Part shown: positions 26,250 to 38,161 of the stretch, in pieces
Layout: every line of letters starts with the position of its first letter
How positions within the stretch are numbered: position 1 is the stretch's first letter
Assembly: GCF_006345805.1 (NCBI RefSeq)
Contig: NC_043003.1
Coordinates: forward strand, 91,388,001 to 91,452,000
Reading direction: 5' to 3'
DNA from: Octopus sinensis
Taxonomy: Eukaryota
Length of the DNA stretch: 64,000 bases
Program-made: the position numbers and the translations under genes
The notes under the pieces: generated by a model
Told to the model about the DNA's origin: nothing
Seen by the model: only the letters and a program-made list of their open reading frames with translations
Database searches by the model: none

Positions 26250-26800
26250 TATCATCATCATCGTTTAACGTCTGCTTTCCATGCTAGCATGGGTTGGCGA
26301 ACCAGATGGCTGCACCAGACTCCAATCTGATCTAGTAGAGTTTCTACAGCTGGATGCCCTTCCTAACAGCATATATATATATATAAGTACCTTTGAATCA
26401 TCAGGCAATACGCTGTGCTTGAGGAGACCTATTGAGTCAAGTAAAATCAAAAACCAAAATCAGAATCAGAATCCCAATCAAATTGAAATCAAAATGGAAA
26501 TTGTAGTTGTGGCTGATGCCAGTGCCACCTGACTGGCTCCCGTGCTGGTGGCACACAATAAGTACCATTCATACGTGGGTCATTGTTGCCAGTGCTGCCT
26601 GACTGGCTCCCATGCCGGTGGCACATATAAAGCACCCACTACACTCTTGGAGTGGTTGGCATTAGGAAGGGCATCCAGCTGTAGAAACCTTGCCAGATCA
26701 AGATTGGAGCCTGGTGCAGCCTCCTGGCTTGTCACTCCTCAGTCAAACCGTCCAACCCATGCCAGCATGGAAAACGGACCTTAAACAATGATGATGATAT
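26250..26800. mobile_element. Two RTE 3' fragments head-to-head (minus 26250-26370, plus ~26385-26800) joined by (TA)n
   Basis: The shared tail motifs appear in both orientations, each ending in (GAT)n next to (TA)n. Confidence 0.8.
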
Positions 26801-27081
26801 ATATATATATATATATATATGTGTATATATATTTGCATATATATATTTTCATAAGTTTAACAGTTGAGCTCAGAGTATACCAAGCTATAAATAATAGCAT
26901 GTAAATATTCAGTTAAAAACCCCTTTGACTAGAAAAAGTTAAAAGCCGGACCCACATTTTATAGCTTTATGTACTTTGAGTTCAACCATTAAAAATTAAT
27001 TATTTCATGTTTTCTCAAAGTTTCTGAAATTCTTCTGATGTAAATAATATGTATGTGCATCTTTTTTTTTTTTTTGTGCAG

Positions 27082-27237
27082 GGTTTATTATGCTGCTGGA
27101 TATACCTCAGGAGCGTGGCTTATCATCTATTGATGAAAAATACAATGATGCTCAAATGTGTAATTTTCCTTTATTTGACTTCCTGAAGCCTCTTCCTCTT
27201 GAATGGATGTATGTACTATACTTTTCCATGTGGCTGA
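27082..27237 (+). CDS. GGCX: GGCX coding exon ([52 protein letters not shown])
   Basis: T-rich tract + CAG acceptor, GTAAGT donor, 156 nt, phase 1/1. Contains LDIPQERGL, the conserved Cys (human C99 equivalent) and PLPLEWMY. Not in the ORF track (<60 aa). Confidence 0.95.
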
Positions 27238-28080
27238 GTAAGTAGCTTGAACTTTACATAAGGAGTGTTACTTACTGTTTAGTTATTGACTTATACTTAT
27301 ACTTAAGTGTTGTTGTTATTGTTGTTTTACCACTGTGTAACTCTAATTGTACAGACTTGTAATTAAAGATGTTCCCACTATGAGCAGGCCATCTTTTTAG
27401 GAACATTGAAGACTATGTACTCTAATATGTCCTTTCATAATGTGCATTTGCAGATTATACTAGATTCAGTGTGTATTTACAAATGCACTGAATTTAATGT
27501 CTATACAGGTACCGTTCTGAGCCCTTCTCTAGCAAAAACACTAGCACTCAATGAAACAAGAACATTTGTTATGAATAGGTACCATGTGGAGGTAGAGCTT
27601 ACTATTGTAAGTAGCAAGACATTGAATTATTGATTTCTCATACAAGCATAAAGAGTTAAAAATTATATGGAAGGATATGGTTACTTGAATTGCCCTTAGT
27701 GTATGCTTGGTCCTTATTTTTCTACAGCTCTAGAAGAATGAAAAGCGACAAAACTAAATACTTTAAAGGATGATGAAATTCTACAATTTCATCCCCCTTG
27801 AGTACTCTTTAACTGACAAGTATTTTTCTAGTTTGCAGCATTGCAGAAGACACCGTTATGTGAAACCTAGAAGTTTAAGTATCCTGCAATCAATTTATGC
27901 CCCAAAAAAGGCTCAGGTGTGCCTGTGTGGTTGAGCAGTTTATAGTTTCAGGTTCAGTCTCACTGTGTGGCACCTTGGACAAGTGTCTTCTACTAGAGCT
28001 CAAAGTTGATTACAGTCTTGTAAGTAGATTCAGTGGATGGAAGCTGAAAGAAGCTCATTATGTATATATATATATATATA

Positions 28081-28491
28081 TTCTTTTATTAGTTTTAGTC
28101 ATTTGACTGTGGCCATGCTGGAGCACTGCCTTTAGCCAAGCAAATCGACCCCAGGACTTATTCTTTGTAAGCCTGGTACTTATTGTCGGTCTCTTTTGCC
28201 AAACCACTAAGTTATGGGGACGTAAACACACCAGCATCAGTTGTGAAGTGATGTTGGGGGGTACAAACACAGACACACAAACATATACACACCCACATAC
28301 ATACATATATATATATGTACATATATATGACAGGCTTCTTTCAGTTTCCATCTACCAAATCTACTCACAAGGCTTTGGTCAGCCTGAGGCTATAGTAGAA
28401 CACACTTGCCCAAGGTACCATGCAGAGGGACTGAACCTGGAACCATGTGGTTGGTAAGCAAGCTACTTACCACACAGCCACTCCTGCACCT
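28081..28491 (-). mobile_element. Full-length SINE family A copy, inverted relative to a partial + copy at ~27915-28060
   Basis: Head, core and tail motifs as in the 52816 copy. Confidence 0.85.
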
Positions 28492-28524
28492 ATATGTATA
28501 TACTTTTTATTAAAGCTGCAAAAT

Positions 28525-28668
28525 TATCACAGAACTGTTGCTCAGAGTTTCATCTTCCCATTTTTAGGATAGTTGTGATGGAAAACTGAATTAAAATTTT
28601 AATTCAGTTCTCCATCACAACTGTCCTACGAATGGGAAGATGAAACTCTGAGTAACAGTTCTGTGATA
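28525..28668. mobile_element. Spacer-less 144-bp palindrome with degenerate hammerhead-like motifs
   Basis: Arms are symmetric about 28596/28597. Right arm: aactgt-CCTACGA-atgggaagat-GAAAC-tctga-GTA-acagtt. Confidence 0.8.
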
Positions 28669-29319
28669 TATTTGTATATTCATTTTTGGAACAGTGGATC
28701 TCAAAGCATGAATCATAGCATGTAAATATCCAAAGGTTTTTTTTAACCTAATATTTACACACTATTATTTATAGCTTTAAGTGCTTCAAGATGCACTGTT
28801 CCAAAACATAATTATTTAATGTTCTTGTGAAGTTTATAATTTCTTATGACTTCAACAATGTGTGTATATGTGTGTGTGTGTGTTTGTCTTGACATTGCAT
28901 GGTAGATGTAAATGAGTGTTGCTGTCATACTATCTGTTATTCATACCAGCATTCTGTGAAAAATGCCTGAACAGGGGGAAATATAGTCTTATTTGTAAAC
29001 AGGCGTGAGTTGGTGACAGAAAAGGCATTTGCCCTTAGAGAGAAAACCTGCCTCATTAAACTCCATCATCCCATGCAAAGATGGAAGAGTGGGCATTAAA
29101 ATGATAGTGATGATGATAATAAAACTGGGATATGCTCTAACACACCACAACACTAAGTATAAGTTGGTAAAAATAAAATTTTGTAATAAGACAGAACATG
29201 AAAATATTTGGTACCATGCAAAGTATATAAGAATTCAAAATGAGCCAAATTTAGATAAAAAGAAACAGAGAAAAAAAGAACACTAAAAAATACAGTCATT
29301 TCATGCTGCTAGTTAGTAT

Positions 29320-32300
29320 CATCATCATCATCATCATCATCGTCGTTTAACGTCCGTTCTCCATGCTAGCATGGGTTGGACGGTTCGACCGGGGTTCTGG
29401 GAAGCCAGAAGGCTGCACCAGGCTCCAGTCTAAATTGGCAATGTTTCTACAGCTGGATGCCCTTCCTAACGCCAACCACTCCGTGAGTGTAGTGGGTGCT
29501 TTTTACGTGCCACCTGCACAGGTGCCAGGCGGGGCTGGCAACGGCCACGGTCAGATTGGTGTATTTTATGTGCCACCGGCACGGAAGCCAGTCGAGGCGG
29601 TGCTGGCATCGGCCACGAGTCGGATAGTGCTTTTTACGTACCACCAGACCAGGGATCCTGGCTGGTTCAATTCGATTTCGATTTCGCTTGCCCCAACATG
29701 TCTTCACAAGCAAAGGGGGTTGGCAAGGGTGCCTGTCGTACGGTCGCATTGGAGTATTTTACGTGCCACGGCCACGAGTCGGATAGTGCTTTTTACGTAC
29801 CACCAGACCAGGGATCCTGGCTGGTTCAATTCGATTTCGATTTCGCTTGCCCCAACATATCTTCACAAGCAAAGGGGGTTGGCATGGGTGCCTGTCGTAC
29901 GGTCGCATTGGAGTATTTTACGTGCCACGGCCCCGAGTCGGATAGTGCTTTTTACTTACGTACCAACAGGCCAGGGATCCTGGCTGGTTCAATTCGGTTT
30001 CGATTTCGATTTCGATTTCGCTTGCCCCAACATGTCTTCGCAAGCATGGGGGGTTGGGATGGTGGGGTCTGTCGTCGGATGAGGTTCTATATCGGACTTC
30101 GCTTGCCTCAACCGGTCTTTGTGTCAAGGGAGGAAAGGCATTCATAAGTGGGCTGGGCTCACTTGTCCTGCCTGGTCTTCTCACGTACAGAATATTTCCA
30201 AAGGTCTCGGTCTCTGGTCATTTCCTCAGTGAGGCCTAAAGTTCGAAGGTCGTGCTTCACCACCTCGTCCCAGGTTTTCCTGGGTCTACCTCTTCCACGG
30301 GTTCCCTCAACTGCTAGGGATTGGCACTTTCTCACACACCTATCTTCATCCATTCTCGCCACATGACCATACCAGCGCAATCGTCTCTCTTGCACACCAC
30401 AACTGATGCTTCTTAGGTACAACATTTCTCTCAAGGTGCTAACGCTCTGTCGAGTATGTACACTGACATTACACATCCATCGGAGCATACTGGCTTCATT
30501 CCTCACGAGCTTACGCATGTCCTCAGCAGTCACAGCCCATGTTTCGCTGCCATGTAGCATGGCTGTTCGTACACACGCATCATACAGTCTGCTTTTACTC
30601 TGAGCGAGAGGCCTTTAGTCACCAGCAGAGGTAAGAGCTCCCTAAACTTTGCCCAGGCTATTCTTATTCTAGCAGTTACACTTTCAGCGCACCCACCCCC
30701 CTACTGACTTGGTCACCTAGATAACGGAAGCTATCAACTACTTCTAGTTTTTCCCCCTGGAAAGTGACGGAAGGTGTTTTCTGCAGATTTTCGGAGGTTA
30801 ATGCTCCCGAGCATCTGCCACATACAAAAACTATCTTCCCAGTTAGCCTACCTTTGACATTGCTGCACCTCTTATGTGTCCATAGCTTACACTGGGTACA
30901 TCTTATAGAGTTTCTACCTACACCTTTTCTACAGATCGAGCAGGGCCATCTTCCTGAAGATATTTGTGGATTGTCTACCTTTCTACTTATTAGTACTTTG
31001 GTTTTAGCTAGGTTGACTCTAAGGCCCCTTGATTCTAAACCCTCCTTCCACACCTGGAACTTCTCCTCCAGTTCTGATAGTGACTCAGCAATAAGAGCAA
31101 GGTCGTCAGCGTAGAGGAGCCCCAGGGACAGCCTGTCTTGAATTCCTCCGTAATTGCCTGGAGTACTATGATAAATAGGAGGGGGCTGAGTACTGAACCC
31201 TGGTGGACCCCAACCTCTACTTTGAATTCTTCTGTGTACATGTTGCCAACCCTAACCTTACTTACGGCATCTCTGTACATGGCTTGCACAGTCCTCACCA
31301 GCCATTCATCTATCCCTAGTTTCCTCATTGACCACCAGATAAGGGATCGGGGGACCCTATCAAAAGCTTTCTCCATGTCAACAAAGCCAGGTACAGGGGC
31401 TTATCTTTGGCTAGGTATTTCTCCTGCAGCTGCCTTACCAGGAATATAGCATCAGTGGTACTTTTTCCTGGCACGAACCCAAACTGCATCTCATCTAAAC
31501 TAACTCTCTCTCTAATTAGTTGGGCTATGACCCTCTCCGTAACCTTCATTACTTGATCCAACAGCTTGATACCTCTGTAATTATTTGTATCTAGGGCATC
31601 ACCTTTACCTTGTAGCAGTTGACTAGTATGCTGCTGCACCAGTCATTGGGTATGACTCCTTCGTGTATCACCTGGTTGACTATACGGGTGACTAGGTTAT
31701 AGCCGACACTGCCAGATATTTTGAGCATCTCTGCAGTAATTCCTGATGGGCCTGGGGCTTTCCCTGTCTTCATGCTTCTAATTGCCTTAGCTACCACGGA
31801 ACTATCAACTCGGATAGCTGGTCCCTCTGTAGGGTCAACATTCGGCAGACTCTCTTTATCCCATTCATTTTCCTCATTCAGTAACCTTTCATAGTGGCGT
31901 CTCCAAGCTTCTCTCTTTGCATCCTCATTTAGCGCAAGTGAACCATCCTCCATGCGAACACATTTCTCTCCTACCACATCACGATTCTCTCTCACACACT
32001 GTCTTGCAACACGAAATACCTCAAGTCTTTCATCCTCACGGCGCAGGACATTGGCAAATTTTCTCTTATCTGCTTCCCCTCTGGCTAGATAGACCTGTCT
32101 CCTAGCTTCCCTTCTGGCAGTCTGATACCCTCCCTGCTACCACCGTTCTTCCAGGCCTTCCAAGCCTGTTTCTTTGTCTAATAGCCCTGTCAACAATATT
32201 GTTCCACCACCACGTTATTTTGGGTCTTAAGGGGACTTTGCACCAGCCACAGATCTGGTCAGCGGCTTTCAGCAGGTTGTCCCTCAGAAACGTCCAGTTG

Positions 32301-32641
32301 TCTCTACCCCATGTGTAGCTATACCCCCTTCCACTTCGTCAAAGGCTTCAAGTAACATATCTCTAAATCTCTGTCCATTCGCAGGGGCTTTAAGCTTCCA
32401 GACCCTTCTTCTCCATGTTGGTCGTCTTCTAGTCGCCCTCTTAGTCCTGATCCTAAGTCACTAACTACCAGTCTATGTTGTGGGGTGCATTCTTCGCCTG
32501 GGAAGGTTTTGGCATTTTTAAGCAGCCATCTTTCCCTTTTTCTGGCAAGGATGTAGTCGATTTGGCTAGTATGCCGGCCCGATCGGTAGGTGACCAGGTG
32601 GCTTGTTGGTTTCCTGAAGTTAGTGTTGCAGACCATAAGAC
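29320..32641 (-). mobile_element. 5'-truncated RTE-clade LINE with a complete 3' end, tandem-duplicated 3'UTR and (GAT)n tail
   Basis: Six consecutive minus-strand ORF fragments (32636 down to 30159) tile the APE C-terminus, RT (YADDL, read across a frameshift), a PHD-like finger and ...WYGHVARMDEDRCV...RGRGRPRKTW...REKTRQDK*. Same family as 7502-10407. Confidence 0.96.
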
Positions 32642-33784
32642 TACTTGTGGGAAATATTTATTTATTGAAAAATGTAGTAAGTTTTTAATTTTGATTATGA
32701 GAAAATTCACATAATAACATGAATCAGGTTTTCATACACTTTAGTTTGGATTTTCCACATTAACCATCCGTTACTCTCTTCTTACACTTTTATGAAATTA
32801 AACCCCCCCCCAATCTACGGGTGGTCCATTTCTGGATTTAAGCAAAAAATTTGAACTAACTGTATTTTAAACTCTCATTCTTACTTTCTTGTATGTACCT
32901 TGAGAGTTCGCTCTGATTCCTTGTCACCACCATCTTTATCTTCATTCTGGATACTCCCACCCTTATATAATGCAAGGTAGCTACATATCGACTCTATTGC
33001 AAAACACCTGTGTTTATTCCTCTCAACACCTGACATGAAGCTATCTTCCCCTGCTCTCTCAAATATACTCTTCAGTTTGGCAAAGAGGATTTTTCTCTTC
33101 TTTTGTTGTCTTGCAAGTTACTTAGAGAACTCACTTATGCTGATGCCATGACAAAAAAAAAGGTATCCAGAACACACTGTAAAGTAGTTGGCATTAGGAA
33201 GGGCATCCAGCTGTAGAAATCATGCCAAAGCTGACACTGGACTCAACATAGTACTCTAGCTTGTTACTACCTGTCAAATCACTCAACTCATGACAGCATG
33301 GAAAACAAGCATTAAATGATGTTGATAATGATGATGACTCTGGTTTTTCTCATCTATCTATCATTGTCATGCTATATTGGGCTTTAATGATGTGTTAATA
33401 ATTGGGCTCATAAATATCATGGATATATTTTATGATGTTTATGCTTTGCATTTATAAGTCACACCCAACAGAGTCATTTACATTAATTATACTAAACTGG
33501 GAAATATTTAATTAGTATTAAATAGGTGATAAGTTTTAGTGGTAATTTCTAGAAAATTATGAAAATAGGTGATTTTGCTTCAATGCTGTAATTTTAGGGT
33601 TTCAGTTTACATTGAGATATGCTAATATTGAAACTTTAAATTAAAATTTTCTTGTTATATTAATTGTCTATAGTCAGGACTGGCTGCACTGTTAGGTGCT
33701 GGACTGCCTGCCTTATAGTTCTTGGTGGTTGTCATGTTACTGGTATTACATTGCATGTTGGATCACTATAATTGATTTGGCTAT

Positions 33785-34189
33785 TCTTTTATCTCTTACT
33801 TGTTTCAATCATTGGACTGCAGCCATGCTGGGTCACTGCCTTGAAAGGTTTTAGTTGAACAAATCAACCTCTGTACTTTTTTTTAAAACCTACTTGTATC
33901 CTACTAAGCTCTTATACCAAACTGCGAAGTGAGGTGGATGTAAACCAGCCAACACTGGTTGTCAAACTGTGGTGGGGGATAAACACAGACACAATGACAC
34001 ACACATAAATATATACATATGTATATACAACAGGTTTCTTTCAGTTTCTGTCTACAAAATCCACTCACAAGGCTTAAATCAGCCCAAGGTTGTAGCAGAC
34101 ACTTTACCCAAGGTGCCACATGGTGGGACTGAACCCAAAACCATGTGGTTGGGAAGCATGCTTCTTACCATACAGCTATGCTTGCACTT
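33785..34189 (-). mobile_element. SINE family A copy
   Basis: Head, core and tail motifs. Confidence 0.8.
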
Positions 34190-36060
34190 ATACTGTTATT
34201 TTACTTAAAATATATACGCAGAATTCTGGTTTAAATACCCATATAATCCCTATTAACTTTTTTATTTTTAGGAATTTTGAGAAAATTTTTACAAAATTGT
34301 GTTCTGCACATGGGAATTCATACAATTATCATAAAAATTTTCTGTGTGTGATTCAAGGTTTTTTTAGCTGTTGTTTTTAGCACATCTCACGACCACCTGA
34401 TATCTTCCTTATTTCTTTGTCACTCTGACATGTATTGATGTTTTTCAATATTTTTCTCCCCATAAACAGATTTAATGGAATTTTGATGCATCCAAAAATT
34501 CAAACTACCTGTGTTTTAAACTCTGATTTTAAAAAATTAGAATAAGAGTGAAAGTTTTAAAATTTATGGGGGAAGGTGGAGTGCATTAAAAATTATAGAA
34601 AAGAATTTTTTTTACATAATGTTTGAATTCCCATGTACAGATCACACATTGGCAAAACTTTTCTGAAAATTCCAAAAAATAAAAAATGCCATGAGAGTTA
34701 TACGAGGTGCTTAAGCTAGAATTCTACCAATATATTTACTCTAGTAAATGGCTGATTTACATTTTATTGACCTCAGAGAATTGAAACACAGATTCACTGG
34801 TAATAGAATTTTAATTCAAAGGAATGTAGAAATATGAAACTATTTTGTAAAACATTTAGTTCTATTTTCAAGTATTTCTTCTGTTGAACTACCTTTTGAA
34901 ACTGTATAATTGACTATTTTGTTGTCTTTGCAATGTTTACTTCAAATTTTCTTACAAATACTATCAAAGAAAGTCTGAATCTACCAGGGGCTTGCTTGTT
35001 TGATATATAAATATATATATAGCTAAGTGAAACCATTATTTTGTCTTTACAGGGCACATTAAAATGTTGTGCCTTTACAGGGTATTATGGTTTCACTTAG
35101 CCAGAGTGGCGCTTGTAACCATTTGTTAGAACCTAGTTTACATTATTAATAAGACCTGACAGTGAAAAGGTGTGAATTGTCTGATGATCTCCTCTCAAAA
35201 CTTTTGTATGAACTAGAAAATCAGTATAGAGCATAATATTAATAAATGAATGACTAAAGAACAGGAGTTATGTAACTACGCTCATTAGCTTACAGCTGTT
35301 GCAGTTATAGGTTGAGTGCCAACATGACATCATATAGCTTCTTCAGAGCCATTTCAATGAAGTTTTTTTTTTATTGAAGAGTATATTTAAATGTATAGTT
35401 GGGTGCATGTAATATAATAAAATATAATATAATATAGTACAAAATAATATAATATAAAATAATATATTATTGAAGTGAGGCTTTTTGGCCCTAGTGATTA
35501 TAAAACAAACTTGGTATATTAAATGTGACACTAAATAAACTTAATATTTATTATAAGGGCCAAATCAAGAATAGCGATAGAATAAATGCCTTATGGTATT
35601 TAGCTGTGTTTCTTTATGCTCTGAGTGCAAATCATGCCAGGTTCAGTTTTGCCATTCATCATTTATGGCTTGAAGACATAAGTAGCAAGTAAATTTAATC
35701 TATGATTTTTGTCTCCCCACACCTCTGGCCTTTTGAGATCATTATTTTAAAATAGCAGACTGGCAGAACTGTAGAATGGCTCCTCCTCCTCCTCCTCGTC
35801 CTCCTCCTCGTCCTCCTCCTCTTCCTCGTCCTCCTCCTCATCATAATAACAATAACAACAACAACAACAACGCTCAGGTTTGGTCTTATTCCTGGTAAGA
35901 TTTGTGTGGGTAGCAAGTTACCTGTAACCTTTGGTATATCCACACATTTTCAGCAGTCTTTCAAGTGCTTAGAACCCTCCTGATAATCCTTACTGTCCCT
36001 AAGTGACAAACTTTCTGTATTATTATTATTATTATATTATTATTATTATTATTATTATTA

Positions 36061-36695
36061 AGGCAATGAGCTGGCAGAATTGTTAGCACACTGGACAAAA
36101 TACTTAGCAGTATTTCACCCATTCTGAGTTCAAATTCTACCTAAGCTGACTTTACCTTTCATCCTTTTGGGATCAATGTAATTGACTCACCCCCTACCCC
36201 CAAATTGCTGCCCTTGTGGCAAAATTTTAAAACCATTATTATTATTATAAAAGGGTAGTGAGCTGGCAGAATCATAAGCACACTTGGTGAAATGCTTAGC
36301 GGTATTTCGTCTGCCATTATATTCTGAGTTCAAATTCCGCCAAGGTCGACTTTTCCTTTCATCCTTTTGGGGTCAGCAAAATTAGTACCTGTTACACCCT
36401 GGGGTTGATGTAATTGACTTAATCCCTTTCTCCAAATTTGAGGCCTTGTTCTTCCAGTAAAAAGGAGTATTATTATTATCTAAGGTGGCAAGCTGGTAGA
36501 CTCGTTAGCCTGCCAGGTGAAATGCTTAGCAGTATTTCATCTGTCACTTCATTCTGAGTTCAAATTCTACCGAGGTTAACTTTGCCTTTCATCCTTTTGG
36601 GGTTGACAAATCAAGTACCAGTTCAGTACTGGGGTTGATATAATCGACTTAACTCCTCCCCCAAATTTTCAGGCCTTGTGCCTTTAGTAGAAAGG

Positions 36696-36748
<53 letters not shown>

Positions 36749-36960
36749 GGCGGTGAGCTGGTAGAATTGTTAGCATGCCGGGCAAAATGCTAAGCAGCAT
36801 TTTGCCTGTCTTTACATTCTGAGTTCAAATTCTGCCATGGTCAACTTCGCCTTTCATCTTTTCAGGGTTGATAAATTAAGTACTAGTTGCATACTGGGGT
36901 TGATGTAATTAACTTCACCCCTCCCTTAAAATTTCAGGCCTTGTGTCTATAGTAGAATTA
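36061..36960 (+). mobile_element. Array of four SINE family B copies (starting ~36061, 36251, 36482, 36747) separated by (TTA)n
   Basis: Each unit reads GG..GTGAGCTGG.AGAAT.GTTAGCA...TGAGTTCAAATTC...GCCTTTCATCCTTT.GGGGT.GA...GGCCTTGT. Confidence 0.9.
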
Positions 36961-37538
36961 TTGCTGCTGCTGCATCCACTTTTCCATGCTAGCATGGGTC
37001 ATTGAAGCAGATTTTCTGTTGCTAACCTTCACCAGTTTCCAAGCAAGATAATATTTTCCCATAGTTGAAGATGTTTTCACAGAAGATTGAAGACAAACAG
37101 ACCCACTCATTGACAACTACAGTACAATGTCAAGATAAGAAGACACAGATACACACATGCATATGCATACACACAAACATGCGCGCATTCATGTATGTGT
37201 GTATATATATATATACATACACACAGCAGGCTTCTTTCAGTTTCCATCTGCCAAATCAACTCACATGACTTTGTTTGGCCCAGGAAAATAGTAGATGACA
37301 ATTGCCCAAGCTTCCACACAATGGAACTAAGCCCCAAACCACATGATTGGGATGCAAAATTCTCACACAGCTACTTCTAACCCTTAAAAAGTTTTTAATC
37401 TCATTGCTCTACATTCTAAGTTTAAAATTAATTTTCACTCACTTCACAATCCATAAATTAGATACCAGTCATATCCTGGTATCAATTTACAGCCTTGTGT
37501 CAACGAGAGGAACCATTGTTATTTAAGTATTTTTAAAA

Positions 37539-37852
37539 AGTTCTGTAAATGATAATAATAATAATAATTTTATAAGTTTAAAGCTTATAAGTGATCACCA
37601 TGTATTGAATAAAGAAAATAGCTTAAGATCGGGGTGTATAAGCCCTCGACAGACAAAAGTGTGTTTCCAGTACGTGTGGGACTTGAACTCAGACTTCTGT
37701 GTTTTCACGACAAGTGTACTACGAAAAACTAACTTTTTCCATTGAGATCTTATATGGCCTAATATTAGACAATTTTCTTTAGTCAATACACAGTGATTGC
37801 TTATAAGCTTTAAGCTTATAAAAATATTATTATTATTATTATTTACAGAACT
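37539..37852 (-). mobile_element. Fold-back element with ~80-bp arms around a tRNA-like head and a hammerhead-like remnant
   Basis: 37539-37620 is inverted relative to 37772-37852. The minus strand has the B-box GAGTTCAAGTCCC (37690-37678), then CTGTCGA-GGG...CCC-GATC-TTAA. Confidence 0.6.
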
Positions 37853-37995
37853 GTCAAAAGTACAGCACTGCTTATCAAATCAGTCATTGCAAGTATTTTT
37901 AGAAAACAAAAATTGTCCTGTAAATACATCTGTTTGTATATTTTGTTTCATCACATCTAACCTGATAAAAATGCTTCTCGTTTCTGTTTTTCTAG

Positions 37996-38161
37996 GTGCA
38001 CTTTTCCTGATGATTGGTTTCTGTTTTCGTTTAAGCTCAATCCTTTTTGCTGCAATCTATTGGTATCTCTTTTTTTTGGACAAAACCAAATGGAATAATC
38101 ATTCTTACCTCTACGGGCTCCATGCAATTATGTTTATGGTTAGTGATGCTAACCATTACTG
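37996..38161 (+). CDS. GGCX: GGCX coding exon ([11 protein letters not shown]...[29 protein letters not shown])
   Basis: TAG acceptor, GTAAGT donor, 166 nt. [14 protein letters not shown] and DANHYW are hallmark HTTM-domain motifs. Confidence 0.97.

Noticed and set aside
33678-33745. Exon-like stretch after an AG in the long intron; also strong acceptors near 35052 and 35080
   Set aside because: No similarity to GGCX, whose flanking exons already join in phase; weak or absent donors and early stops.
37797-37995. N-terminal part of ORF 37797-38165
   Set aside because: Intronic read-through upstream of the true acceptor at 37994-95; it overlaps a fold-back arm.
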